A stretch of 64,000 bases of DNA from Mobula hypostoma (taxonomy: Eukaryota), in the NCBI RefSeq assembly GCF_963921235.1, contig NC_086097.1, positions 236,346,001 to 236,410,000 on the forward strand, in the 5' to 3' direction. Shown in pieces: positions 1 through 12,491 of the stretch. Made by a program: the position numbers and the translations under genes. The notes under the pieces are model-generated. The model saw only the letters and a list, made by a program, of their open reading frames with translations, had not been told where the DNA came from and did not search any database. Numbering within the stretch: the first letter of the stretch is position 1; each line of letters opens with the position of its first letter.

Positions 1-99
1 ACAACACGAGAGCAGAAAATCCTGACGAGTTCATTGTCATATGCACTAGTAAATGTATGCAGATACACAGAGAAGCTTATCTGCAGCAACATACCACAG

Positions 100-650
100 A
101 CATAATGCATGAGATAAGCAGCATTCACAAGAGAAAATAGGTTAAATTATGCACAATTTTTAAAAAACAATTGGAACAAAAATAAAGTCAATTTAGTGCA
201 AAGTGCTCAAGGTGGTCATAGTGTTTTTATAACAAAGTGACTAAGGTTGTGGCGACTAGTTTAAGAAAAAAATGGTTGAAGGGAAGTCGCTGTTCTTGAA
301 GCTGGTGATATAGGAATTCAGGTCTTTGTACCTCCTGCCCATTGGAAGCTGTGAGAAGATGACATGGCTCAAATGGTAGGGATCTCTGCTGATAGATGTT
401 GCCTTCTTCAGATACTACCGATGGTCGGGTGGAAAGTGCCTGTGACATATTATGTTGAGTCCTTTACTCTCTGCAGCGTCTTGCTTTTCTGAACATTCAA
501 ATGGCTGTACCAGATCATGATGCGAACAGTCAGCATGTTTTCTATGGTACATCTATTGAAGATTGTGAGAGCATTCGGTGACATGCTAAACCTCCTTAAC
601 CTTCTAAGAAAGTAAAGACACTGAAGTGTCTTTCTTGAGATTGCATCTAC
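100..650 (-). mobile_element. Rex1/Babar-type LINE, 3' fragment (degraded)
   Basis: ORF 450..833(-) contains QCLYFLRRLRRFSMSPNALTIFNRCTIENMLTVRIMIWY, the Rex1/Babar RT C-terminal motif (RLYFLRRL...FYRCTIESILT...W). Boundaries approximate. Confidence 0.8.
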
Positions 651-1339
651 TGTATGTACACCCTGTATCAGAACTTCTATATCTGTTAATGCATCAGTAA
701 TCACATTGAAGTGAAATATTCGTGCATTTCTTCTCACTGAATGAATTATTATGATGTGTTGTGACAAAAATGCTGGTTTATTGTAATATGATTTTGATCT
801 AATCAATATGTTAAAAGATGTTCTATAAAGCAATTAGCAATGATGGCCTGACAGACTGATCAACTGCAGTTTGTCCCATTAAAATCATCTCTAATTGCTC
901 TACTACTTTTGAAAACAGAAAATATATGTCTTCAGTAGCTCTTTGCATCATTCAGTTACAGTTCAAAAAACAATTCCATTCAGTTAAACCACGACACAGA
1001 TAGTTGTCTAGAAAAATCATTCACATTCATTCTACTATTGGGGATTCCCAGTGACTTTGAACAGAAGAGTATATTCTCTGCTTTAACTCTATTGACACCA
1101 CTCACAATCCCAGTGCAAAGCCAATGTCCTTTCATAGTCATGATCAACCAACTTCCTGTTACAGGACAAATACCTCCTGGCACATGACAGATTATCACAG
1201 GAATTACCTGCTAAACCTACTGTGAAATTAGTAACGGCAGCAATGTTTTTTTTAAAACAATACGCTGTAAATTGTACATATCATCAATTAATGGCATTCA
1301 AGTATAATATTCATGCATTCCTTCTCACATATGATTTGG

Positions 1340-4300
1340 CAGGAGAATGCCTGTAGTTGAGTAACTAGTGCAAGGAGCAGGGGTTCAGATTTATGGATCC
1401 TTGGGGTCTCTTCTGGGAAAGGTATGACCTGTACAAAAGGGACGGGTTACACCTGAGCCTGAGGGGGTCCAATATCCTTTCAGGCAGGTTGGCTAGAGTT
1501 GTTCAGGTGGGTTGAAATTAATTTGGCAGGGGGATGGAACTGGAGCTGTAGTGCTGAAAGTGAGGTAGTTGGTTTACATACAGAGGCAATGTGTAGTGAA
1601 ACTCCTAGCAAGGAGTGGGTGATGATAAGGCAAAATTGCAGCCAACAAAATGAGTTGCAACATAAGAGATGAACAAAATCAAAAAGGGTGAATACAAGAC
1701 TGAAGGTGTTATATTTAAATACACACAGTATATGGGAGCTGAACTTGTAATACAGTTACAGATGGGCATGTATGATGTTGTAGGCATCAGCGAATCATGA
1801 CTGAAAGAAGATTATAGTTGGGAGCTTAATGTCCAAGGATACGCATTGTATCAAATGGAAAGGCAGGAAGGCTGAGGGAGCGGCATTGCTCTGTTGGTAA
1901 AAATTGAAATCAAGTCATTAGAAAGCAGTAACATAGGGTTAAAAGGTGTTGAATCATTGTGGAGAGGGCTAAGGAACTGCAAGGGTAAAATGCACTGAAG
2001 GGAGTTGTATATAGACCCTCAAACAGTAGTAAGGATGTGGCCTACAAATTACAAAGGAAGATAGAAAACACATGCCAAAAGCACATGACAAGGACATGTT
2101 ACGATCGACATCGGGGATTTCAGTATGCAGTTACATTGGGAAAATTAAGCTGGTGCTGGATTCCAAGAGGGGGAATTTCTAGAATAGTTACAAGATGGGT
2201 TTTCAGAGCAGCTCGTGATTGAGCCCAGCGGGAGATCAGCTATTCTGGATTGGGTGTTGGGCAATGAATTGGAATTAAGGTAAGATGTTAAGGTAAAAGA
2301 ACCCTTAGGGTTTAGTGATTGGAATAATATGATCAAATTCACTCTAAAATTTGAAAAAGAGAAGCTAAAGTTAAATACATCAGTATTATAGTGGAGTAAG
2401 GGGAATTTCAGAGGCATGAGAGAGGAGTTAGCCTTGATAGAATGGATTTAGATAAGATGTTTCCTACGGTGGAGGAGTCTAGGACCAGAGGACACAGCCT
2501 CAGCACAGAGAGATGTTCGTTTAGATCAGTGGTGGGGAGGAGTTTCTTTGGCCGGAGAGTGGTGGATCTGGGGAGTTCATTGTCGCGGACAGCTGTGGAG
2601 GCCAAGTCGTTGGGTGTATTTGGAGCAGAGGTTGGTGGGTTCTTGATTGGTCAGGCTGTCGGGGAGAAGGCAGGAGAATGGGGTGGAGAGGGATAGTGGA
2701 TCGGTCATGATGGAATGGCGGAGCAGACTCGATGGGCCCAAAGACCTAATTCTTCTTCTCCAGAATGAGGGGTCACAGTTTGAGGATCCAGAACGAGGGG
2801 TCACAGTTTGAGGATAAGGGGGAAGCCTTTTAGGACTGAGATTAGGAAAAACTTCTTCACACAGAGAGTGGTGAATCTGTGGAATTCTCTGCCACAGGAA
2901 ACAGTTGAGGCCGGTTCATTGGCTATATTTAAGAGGGAGTTAGATATGGCCCTTGTGGCTAAAGGGATCAGGAGGTATGGAGGGAAGACAGGTACAGGGT
3001 TCTGAGTTGGATGATCAGCCATGATCATAATAAATGGCGGTGCAGACTCGAAGGGCCGAATGGCCTACTCCTGCACCTATTTTCTATGTTTCTATGTTTC
3101 TATGTCGTATTATCTTAAGATCACTGGTTCAGGATGAGTGGGAAGGGGCAAAAATTTTACACAAAATTATGACATCATTGCTTGATCTTATTTATCTTTC
3201 TCAAATCCAGCCCTACAGCTGGATGTTTTATGTTCTACATGGGTCGCAACTCTTGCACAAGACGGAGGATCCAAACTTTGAGAATCCCTACTATTTTCTC
3301 AATAATCTTTAGAGATTTAATTCACTCAACAGAGTCTGGATTTTAACCCGTCTTTTATGAGCAAAGGAAGTTTAAGGTGATAGCTTAATTAAAATAGAAC
3401 ATAGAATTTTGCAGAAAAGTACAGGTCCTTTTAACCTACTACAAGATCAATCTACCTCTTCCTTCAGACATAGCCCTGCATTTTTCTATCATCCATGTGC
3501 CTGTCCAAGAGTCTCTTCAAGGTCTCTAATATAGACCTGCTAGACAGGTACAGTATTATGGAGGAATTTAAGGTGGGGAGTTATATGGGAGGTAGGATTT
3601 AAGGGTCAGCACAACATTGTGGGCCGAGGGGCCTGTACTGTGCTGTATTTTTCGATGTTCTAATCAAGCTTGAATGCAGGAATTACAGCAGAGCAGCAAT
3701 ATGTGGGATTTCTGGAAGCAATTTGGAAGCCACACGATATCTACATCCCAAAGAGGAAGAAGTATTCTAAAGGAAAAATGACACAGCCATAGCTAACAAG
3801 AAAAGTCAAAGCCAACATAAAAGCCAAAGAGAGGGCATATACAGTAATAGAGCAAAAATTAGTGAAAAGTTAGAGGATTGGGATCCTTTCAAATACAAGC
3901 AGAAAGCAACTAAAAAAGTCATTAAGAAGGTAAAGATGAAATACAAAGGTAAGCTAACCAATAGTATTAAAGAGGGTATCAACAGTTTCTTCACATGCAT
4001 AAAGTGTAAAAGAGAGGCAAGAGTGGATATTGGCCTGATGGAAAATGATGCTGGAGAGGTAGTAATGGGAGACAAGGTGAGATAAACTGAGTAATGGTGG
4101 ACAAACTGAGTAAGTATTTTGCATCAATCTTCACTGTGGGAGATACTAGCAGTATGGTGGAATCTCCAGATGTCAGGGGGCATGCAGTGTTTGAAGTTAC
4201 CATAACTAGATAGAAGGTTCTTGAGAAACTGAAAGGTCTGAAGGTGGATAATTCACCTGGAGTTCTGAAAGAGGGGGCTGAAAAGATTGTGGAGATATTA

Positions 4301-4430
4301 GTAATGATGGTTTAGGAATCACTAGATTCTGGAATGGTTCTAGAAGACTTGAAAATTGTAAATGTCACTCCACTCTTCAAGAAGAGAAAGAGGCAGAAGA
4401 AAGAAAATTATAGGCCAGTTGGTCTGATTC
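1340..4430 (+). mobile_element. Old CR1 LINE (ORF1 end, ORF2 endonuclease and linker), fragmented by younger insertions
   Basis: Recognisable remnants: YDLYKRDGLHL near 1425, LKVLYLN and YDVVGISES near 1700-1800, IVNVTPLFKK..ENYRPV at 4334-4430. Many stops and frameshifts. Confidence 0.85.
2765..3103 (+). mobile_element. Young CR1 3' end with (TTTCTATG)n tail
   Basis: RIRGKPFRTEIRKNFFTQRVVNLWNSLP, the CR1 3' stem-loop region and an octamer tail. Nearly identical to 57113-57419 and to the reverse complement of 31511-31820. Confidence 0.9.
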
Positions 4431-5034
4431 AAATGCTACTTTCCAGGGACATTGGCTGTAGGTCCTGTAACTGGTCTTTAACACCTTTTTATTGGCTCTG
4501 CTCCAGGCCAGCATCAATTTATTGCCTTCTTCCCAGCAGGTGACAATTGGTAATTTATGGCTTTTTGTTCTCAGTCAGCAACCAGCTTGAATCACGCAGT
4601 GTAGGTACAGACCTCAACAGTAACAAAATTGCATGTTGCATCCAACCAAAGAACACCTCACATATAACTTCTTATTTGGAAATTATTCCTAGTTCATCAG
4701 ATTACCTGAGGCATCGTGGTGTCTACTTTAAAACACTGATCAAGCCAAGTGACACAGAGTCACTTCATAAAATGACCGCCTCCTTTTCCTCACTTATGGC
4801 AAGAACAAAGGCAATTTGTGTGTCTGCTTCTATAGCCCTTAATTCATTTGAATTCACTAATTTGTAGACTGCAGTTCTTTCTGACCAACAGGAGGGATAG
4901 AAATTATTAGCATTTAGAAAACAATAGGAAGAGCCAGCATGACTTTGTGCAGAGCAAGTCATATCTTACTAGCAACACACATCAAAGTTGCTGGTGAACG
5001 CAGCAGGCCAGGCAGCGTCTCTACGAAGAGGTAC

Positions 5035-5070
5035 AGTCGACGTTTCAGGCTGAGACCCTTTGTCAGGACT
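5035..5070 (-). ncRNA. Minimal hammerhead ribozyme motif (core mutated, CTGACAA)
   Basis: Reverse complement reads AGTC-CTGACAA-AGGGTCTCAGCCT-GAAAC-GTC-GACT. Confidence 0.6.
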
Positions 5071-5359
5071 AACTGAAGGAAGAGTTAGTAAGAGATTTGA
5101 AAGTGGGAGGGGGAGGGGGAGATCCAAAATGATAGGAGAAGACAGGAGGGGGAGGGATGTAGCCAAGAGCTGGACAGTTGATTGGCAAAAGGGATATGAG
5201 AGGATCATGGGACAGGAGGCCCAGGGAGAAGGAAAAGGGGGAGGGGGGAAAAACAGAGGATGGACAAGGGGTATAATGAGAGGGAGAAAAAGGAGAGAGA
5301 GAGAAAGAATGTGTCTATATAAATAAATAACGGATGGGGTACGAGGGGGAGGTGGGGCA

Positions 5360-5686
5360 TTAGCGGAAGTTTGAGAAGTCAATGTTCATGCCATCAGGTT
5401 GGAAGCTACCCAGACGGAATATAAGGTGTTGTTCCTCCAACCTGAGTGTGGCTTCATCTTTACAGTAGAGGGGGCCGTGGATAGACATGTCAGAATGGGA
5501 ATGGGATGTGGAATTAAAATGTGTGGCCACTGGGAGATCCTGTTTTCTCTGCCGGACAGAGCGTAGGTGTTCAGCAAAGCGGTCTCCCGGTCTGCATCGG
5601 GTCTCGCCAATATATAGAAGGCCACATCGGGAGAACCGGACGCAGTATATCACCCCAGCCGACTCACAGGTGAAGTGTCGCCTCAC
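5360..5686 (-). pseudogene. GIY-YIG endonuclease domain of Penelope-like element
   Basis: FTCESAGVIYCVRFSRCGLLYIGETRCRPGDRFAEHLRSV...VATHFN...RLEEQHLIFRLGSFQPDGMN. Confidence 0.9.
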
Positions 5687-5859
5687 TTGGAAGGACTGTC
5701 TGGGGCCCTGAATGGTGTCTCATGATCCTCTCATTTCCCTTTTGCCAATCAACTATCCAGCTCTTGGCTCCATCCCTCCCCCTCCTGTCTTCTCCTATCA
5801 TTTTGGATCTCCCCCTCACCCTCCCACTTTCAAATCTCTTACTAGCTCTTCCTTCAGTT

Positions 5860-5895
5860 AATCCTGACGAAAGGTCTCAGCCTGAAACGTCGACT
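5860..5895 (+). ncRNA. Minimal hammerhead ribozyme motif
   Basis: AATC-CTGACGA-AAGGTCTCAGCCT-GAAAC-GTC-GACT, core intact. Confidence 0.7.
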
Positions 5896-6312
5896 GTACC
5901 TCTTCCTAGAGATGCTGCCTGGCCTGCTGCGTTCACCAGCAACTTTGATGTGTGTTGCTTGAATTTCCAGCATCTGCAGAATTCCTTGTGTTTGTCTCAT
6001 ATCTTACTAATTTGGCTGAGTTTTTAGATAAGGTGACATAGGTGACAGGGAGTTAGATAGATTTTTACATAGTAGGGGAATTAAGGGTTATGGGGAAAAG
6101 GCAGGTAGATGGAGCTGAGGTTACAGACAGATCAGCCATGATCTTATTGAATGGCGGGGCAGGCTCGATGGGCCAGATAGCCTACTCATGCTCCCATTTC
6201 TTACCTTCTTATGTTCTTATGTTCTAGGTGATTGATAAAGATGGAGCTGTGGATGTTGTATACATGAACTTCAGTCAAGCGTTTGAAAGGTCCTCCATGT
6301 GATCAATGGTGA

Positions 6313-7345
6313 ATTAGTTAACAAATAAACTCTTCTCGAGCTTACAGTTGGGTACAGGTATATATGACGTTTCAATGACAAACTCTCCCATCTTCATTAG
6401 AGATGATGCCCAGGCATATCTAGTCCGGTGGTATTTATACCCCTCTAGTTTGTCCCTCCTGATTGGTTAGTCCTCATCCAATCAGGTTTCCATTCTCCCA
6501 CCTTGCTTACAATTGAATTCCAGTTCTTACTTAGAATGAGACCTTCATCTATGTTAAAATTCTTTCCCTCTAGTTTTATTTCAATGACTTCCTTTACCAG
6601 GCAGTCCCAAAAGCCACTGGCATGGCACAGCAGTTTTGTCCCTTCGAAGCCAATCCTATGGCCATTGTGAATGCAATGTTCTGCTACTGCTGATTCCTCT
6701 GGCTAATCCAAATGGATACACCTCCTGTGCTCCTTGATGTGGGTTTCCACAGTGCGTCCTGTCTGGCCGATATACGCTTCTCCACATTCACAGGGAATCC
6801 TGTAAACACCAGCTGACCTGAGTCCCAGTCCATTTTTGACCTGCTTAAGCTATGATTTGAGCTTTCTTATGGGTTTGTGGATGGTATTAATCCAGTATTT
6901 CTTCAGAATCCTGCCGATCTTTCCAGAAATGATGGAAATATATGAACAACAGGTAGTAGCGACGGGTTCCTCCCCATTGTTAGGTTTCCTGGTTTTTCCA
7001 TCAGCCCTTTTAAGGGCCTGATTGACTTCCTTCACCTTGTAGCCATTATTTAGGAGCGCCATGTGTAATTGTCTTATTTCTTCGGGGACACTCTCCAGGT
7101 CCGAAATAGTTTTCGCATAGTTCATCAAAGTAGAAAGAACCGCACTACATTGGGAGGCGTGATGGTGGCTGTTATTGTTGAGGCATAAGTGCTTGTGAGT
7201 GGGTTTCTGAGAGAAGCCATGTCTGAGGCTACGGTCCAGTTTCTGTCATATTAGAATGTTCAGGAATGGGAGGCAACTATTCTTCTCCATCTCCACCATA
7301 AATTGAATGTTTAGATTTATACTGTTCAGATGGTCATGGAACTAT
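6313..7345 (-). mobile_element. Penelope-like element of a second family (Poseidon-like): RT thumb, GIY-YIG and 3' repeat
   Basis: Minus-strand translation gives SAGVYRIPCECGEAYIGQTGRTVETHIKEHRRC near 6720-6815, plus ORF 6850..7128 (YAKTISDLESVPEEIRQLHMALLNNGY...ISGKIGRILKKY). Confidence 0.88.
6366..6400 (-). ncRNA. Degenerate hammerhead motif of the second Penelope family
   Basis: Reverse complement: CTAATGA-A-GATG(ggagagtttgt)CATT-GAAAC-GTC. One substitution from CTGATGA, different stem II. Confidence 0.55.
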
Positions 7346-7359
7346 TGGAGTGCCTGGAG

Positions 7360-7725
7360 TCGGCCGACAGGCTGGACAATATCTTTTTCCGAGGGTTGAA
7401 ATGTCTAATACCAGAGGACATTCATTTAAGGTGAGAGAGGGTAATTTCAAAGGAGGGTGTGAGCAGTTTTTTTTTAATATAGAAGTAGTGGGTGCCTGGA
7501 ATGTTCTTCCTGGGGTGGTGGTAGAGGCAGAAATGTTAGAGACTTTTAAGAGACGTTTAGATAGACACGAGTATGAGGAAAATGGAAGGATATGGACATC
7601 ATACAGTTAGAGGAGTTTAGTTTAGTAAGCAGCTTGATTACTAATTTAATTGTTTCAGCACTATATTGTGGGCTTAAGGGCCTATTTCTGTGCTGTACTT
7701 TTCTATATTCTGTTTTATGTTCTAT
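7360..7725 (+). mobile_element. CR1 3' fragment
   Basis: LFPRVEMSNTRGHSFKVREG...VVGAWNVLPGVVVEA. Confidence 0.85.
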
Positions 7726-7809
7726 CTACTTTCATTTGATTAACATTTGCACACATACTTTGTGTTCCAAAGCGTCTGTACTGTGCTGCCATGCTCTCTG
7801 TTCTATAAA

Positions 7810-8205
7810 GAAAGGCCATTGACCCTTGCTGTGCAACATTGTTTTCTGACAACAAGGATTCACAACAAGATACACTTTCTATTTGTTGGTGTGTGTAGAC
7901 ATCAATGAACCAGACTACCAGTACATACTTTGGCAATTGGAGGAAAAGAATACTTGAAGTGAATAATGAGTCAGACTGGGCTATTAAAGTATGCATGTTT
8001 TAAATGTCCACCATAATTCCACTCAGTTGTTACTTCAACTATACTTCGAGGAAGAGATTGCCTTCATCATCTTTTTAAATAGTTCTCAGGGATCCAGGAA
8101 ACATGGTTCATTATATCTTTTCAAGAAGGATTTGAGAACATCTTTTTTGCATTTTCTCCATCTCATGGTTTTCTCTTTCTGAAGTGGACCAAAGTTGAGT
8201 ACGCC
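7810..8205 (-). mobile_element. Ancient degraded LINE end, RTE-like
   Basis: Minus frame near 8090-8200 reads LNFGPLQKEKTMRWRKCKKDVLKSFLKRYN, reminiscent of the RTE ORF C-terminus (GQRKRFKDTLKASLK). 7820-7970 is homologous to 11083-11245. Confidence 0.4.
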
Positions 8206-8206
8206 T

Positions 8207-9308
8207 AAATAACATAAAAATTGCTGGTGAACACAGCAGGCCAGGCAGCATCTATAGGAAGAGGTACAGTCGACGTTTCGGGCCGAGACCCTTCATCAGG
8301 AATAATTGAAAGAAGAGATAGTAAGAGATTTGAAAGTGGGAGGTGGAGGGGGAGATCCAAAATGATAGGAGAAGACAGGAGGGGGAGGGATGGAGCCAAG
8401 AGCTGGACAGGTGATTGGCAAAAGGGATATGAGAGGATCGTGGGACGGGAGGCCTAAGGAGAAAGAAAGGGAGAGGGGGGAAGCCCAGAGGATGGGCAAG
8501 GAGTATAGTGAGAGAGACAGAGGGAGAAAAAGGAGAGAGAGAAAAAAAATTAATAATAATAATAATAAATAAATAAATAACGGATGGGGTACGAAGGGGA
8601 GGCGGGGCATTAACGGAAGCTAGAGAAGTCAATGTTCATGCCATCAGGTTGGAGGCTACCCATACGGAATATAAGGTGTTGTTCCTCCAACCTGAGTGTG
8701 GCTTCATCTTGACTGCAGAGGAGGCCGTGGATAGACATATCAGAATGGTAATGGGATGTGGAATTAAAATGTGTGGCCACTGGGAGATCCTGCTTTCTCT
8801 GGTGGACAGAGCGTAGGTGTTCAGCGAAATGGTCTCCCAGCCTGCGTCGGGTCTTGCCAATAAATAGAAGGCCGCATCGGGAGCACCGCACGCAGTATAT
8901 CACCCCAGCCAACTCACAGGTGAAGTATCACCTCACCTGAAAGGACTGTCTAGGGCCCTGAATGGTGGTGAGGGAGGAAGTGTAAGGGCATGTGTAGCAC
9001 TTGTTCCGCTTACACGGATAAGTGCCAGGAGGGAGATCAGTGGGAAGGGAGGGGGGGGGACGACTGAATAATGGAGTCGCGTAGGGAGCGATCCCTGCGG
9101 AAAGCAGAGAGAGGGGAGGAGGGAAAGATGTGCTTAGTCGTGGGATCCCGTTGGAGGTGGCGGAAGTTACGGAAAATAATATGTTGGACCCGTAGGCTGG
9201 TGGGGTGGTAAGTGAGGACAAGGGGAATCCTATTCCTAGTGGGATCGCAGGAGGACGGAGTGAGAGCAGATATGCGTGAAATGGAAGAGTTGCGTTTGAG
9301 AGCAGATT
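8207..9308 (-). mobile_element. Penelope-like element (same family as 4972-5996), longer 3' fragment
   Basis: GIY-YIG ORF 8610..8912 (AGVIYCVRCSRCGLLFIGKTRRRLGDHFAEH) preceded by the Cys-rich linker GTYPCKRNKCYTCPY. 3' repeat matches 4972-5350. Confidence 0.92.
8268..8303 (-). ncRNA. Minimal hammerhead ribozyme motif
   Basis: Reverse complement ATTC-CTGATGA-AGGGTCTCGGCCC-GAAAC-GTC-GACT, core intact. Confidence 0.75.
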
Positions 9309-9816
9309 ATGCCTTGTGAGCCTGATAGGAGGCACATGAACAATGTGACCCAGTCATTGGAACTGACTTAGTGTAACTAGAATCTCCATGTTGGTGATAA
9401 TACTTCATTTATCCTACCAGTAAAATGGCAACTCGTTCGGTTGCAGCAGCTTCTATGGGGCCAACCAGAAGTGTTATTGTCCTTTTATTCACATGTTTTC
9501 TGATGACAAGAACTTGTTGGATATTATGAAATTAAATTGCTGCAAGTCTTCTTCATCAGTGAGTTGCTCGTTGGTGGAGAAACTGAAGGAGCTGGACAAT
9601 ACAGATCGTGCTGCTGTCCTGCATTAGGGAGGCACTTCAGGAGTTGACGTGAAAAGGCGGTGTGACGTCTAACAGCGGGTCTCTTCTCTTGTGTCTGCAA
9701 GATCTCCTGTTGAACATTGTTAGTGTGGAATGCTGCAAGTCTGATCCACTGATACGTCGGTGAATGGCAGGAAAGTTGCATCAGCTTGTTTGTAGTGAGG
9801 ACGAGGCTTTAAGCTC

Positions 9817-9980
9817 AAAATACTCTGCAGATGCTGGGCTCAAAGAAACACGCACAACACGCTGGAAGAACCCAGCAGGTCGGGCAGCAGCCGTGGAAAC
9901 GAACAGTCAATGTTTCGGGCCGAAGGGTCTCGGCCCAAAATGTTGACTATTTGTTTCCACAGATGCTGCCCAACCTGCGG
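9817..9980. mobile_element. Penelope-derived foldback mini-element
   Basis: Head-to-head terminal-repeat arms fused at gtttcgggccgaagggtctcggcccaaaa. Approximate flanking duplication aggc(t/c)ttaagct. Confidence 0.7.
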
Positions 9981-10704
9981 AAGGCCTTAAGCTGCAGTGT
10001 CACCTGTTAACAGTTGCCCAGGAGAGAGGCGTTAGAGGTAGTGCGCTCCGCCAGAGTACTGGGTACAGTTTGGCGCACCATCCAAGCTGGAGTTGGTGCT
10101 GCCCCCAGTGTTCACTCTACAGAAGACAAGCCATATTGTGTTCAACTGCAGACCGCTGCAACATTCATGGACTCAGGGTCTTGAACTATATTTTTTTGTG
10201 CGACTATATTTTACTGATATTTTATATGTGCTTGCCATCTTATTTGTGCTATGTGTGCCTCATGGTGTGTGTGTGTGACGGTTGGTACTGTGATTTGCAC
10301 CTTGGCGTCAGAGTAATGCTGTTTCATCTGATCGCATTCATGAGTATTCATGTAAAGTTGAAGGACAAAGAAGTCTGAACTTGAACTGCCATTCACTTGG
10401 ACTATTTGTAGAAATAATATTAGTGGTATCTTTCCAGTGTTTTTAAGTGTCTGCTCTAGGTAGACTTTGCATCCCCAAAACTTCCTGCTGAAGTGGAGTT
10501 AACCTAGGAGATAGATGAGAAACTGCTCAATCTACATTGGCTCAACTTTACTACCAATGTCACTCTGACTTAAGTCATTGAGGTATTGTACAAAGAGATT
10601 CTGTGGCATGCATTCAGAGAATAAATTCCATGTCACTGAAGCTCTTGAGAGAATGGTCCTTATACTTTATAATAACTTTTGTCATCTAGTATAACTTTAT
10701 CATC

Positions 10705-11077
10705 TTGTGACTTGATAGAGAAGTACAAGATGATAAGCGACATAGATCGAGTGCATAGCGAGAGACCTTTTTCAAGGGCAGAAACGGCTAATAGCAGGAG
10801 ACATAATTTTAAGGGGATTGGAGAAAAATATAGGGGGGATGTTAGATTTAAGTTCTTTACACAGAGAGTAGTGGGTGCGTGGAACGACCTGTTAGGAGTG
10901 GCGGTGGAGGCTGATATATGAGGGTGATTTAAGAAGCTCTTAGATGGATACATGATGACAGAAAAACAGAGGGCTATGTAGGAGTGAAGAATTAGATTGA
11001 TCTCAGAGTGTTAAAAAGTTGACATAGCACTGTGGGCTGGAGAGCCTGTACTGGACTGTAGTGTTCTATATTCTATG
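10705..11077 (+). mobile_element. CR1 3' fragment
   Basis: DLIEKYKMISDIDRV...KFFTQRVVGAWNDL, with a ttctat tail. Confidence 0.85.
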
Positions 11078-12311
11078 CCAGTAGCCCTTGCTGTATAACA
11101 TAGCTTTCTAACAACAAAGATCCACAAGAAGAACCAGGGCCACTTTCTATGTGTTGGGGATGGTAGACATCAGTGATCAAGTACATCTCCAGCACAGACG
11201 CTGGCCATTTGAGAAAAGAAAACCTCAAAGCCAACACATCAGGCAGTGATCTCTGCCTTCCTGTGTTCTTCAGAAATGTGGAATGGTTTACATGGACTGT
11301 ACTGCTGTAGTGGCAGCTCAGACATGTCTAGAATAAACCTACTGAGACGTTCTAACACATTCAGTCTGTGGAAGCTTGAAACTTGAAACTTGAAATATCT
11401 TTATTGTCATTGCATAGTACAATTTGTCATGCACCAATACAGCGAAAATGAGTTTGCAACTCTCGCACTCAATGCTATAAAACAACAAATAAAATAAATA
11501 AACAATAAATAAAATCAAGTAACCAGCCAGTACAAGCAATGTCCAGCAGTATAAAAACACAACTCAGATGCATGACAGCTTCGAAAGTGGCAGCAGTAAA
11601 CCTTCATATTATATTTAAGGATCACGCATTGAACTGGAAGTGAGTTACTTAGAGCTTTGAGTGACTCCGTAGAGTTTATTCTGTCATCTTTTTTATGATT
11701 AAAGAGGATGGAAACTCATTATCAGTGCAGTGGCATGAAATGCTGTGTATCCCTGAGGTAATTATGACATTGCCATCTTTCAAAGTTCGTGAGAGCTATA
11801 AAGTAATTAAAATTGGCCTTGTTCACTGCGACAACATGAATTTTTATATACTTTTTTTTCAAATTCCAAAACACTTCTGATCTCCAGTGATTCACTGAAT
11901 TGCACTAAAAATATCAACACATATTCATGATTTTATTGCAGATGGTATCTTTCCACATGAAGAGTTCAGGCGAGCAACAAGCTCCCAATCCAAAACCAAA
12001 GAGATTTTAAGCACTTGGTCTCATTTAGTTCTATAGGTCTCAAACGTTGAGGCAGATAGCACAAACTGATCACAGAACAGGAAGAGGAATAAGACCAGTG
12101 CTGGGCATCTTGGGAGCGATGCCTAGCAAAGTTCAAAGTTCATAGTTCAAAGTAAATTTATTATCAAAGTATATCCTGTATATGTCACGTCATGAATTTA
12201 TGAAAAACAAAGACTGACAAATAATCAATGTGCAAAAGAAGACAAGTTGTGTAATTTATAGAAAGTATATAAATAATACTGAGAACATGAATTGTACGGT
12301 CTTTGAAAGTG

Positions 12312-12347
12312 AGTCCTGATGAAGGGTCTTGGCCCGAAACGTCGACT
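12312..12347 (+). ncRNA. Minimal hammerhead ribozyme motif (consensus-perfect)
   Basis: AGTC-CTGATGA-A-GGGT-CTTG-GCCC-GAAAC-GTC-GACT. Predicted cleavage after C12343. Confidence 0.8.
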
Positions 12348-12491
12348 GTACTCATTTCCATCGAGTCTGCTCGAGGTCCTCATGAGCTTCTGGACTGAGT
12401 CCATCACAGTGGTGGCAGACGACACTTGTGGCCATCCCCCTCAACAACACTTTGGATACTGTTGTGGGAGGGGTGGGGGGGGGGATTGTCG

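Larger units (their letters stand above)
4972..5996 (-). mobile_element. Penelope-like element (Neptune-like), 5'-truncated with inverted terminal repeat
   Basis: GIY-YIG ORF on the minus strand. 5720-5960 is an inverted copy of 4972-5216. 13-bp TSD tcatatcttacta at 4959-4971 and 5997-6009 interrupts a CR1 RT segment. Confidence 0.92.

Noticed and set aside
980..1198. 72-aa ORF in apparently unique sequence
   Set aside because: No recognisable motif and no consistent splice-site pair.
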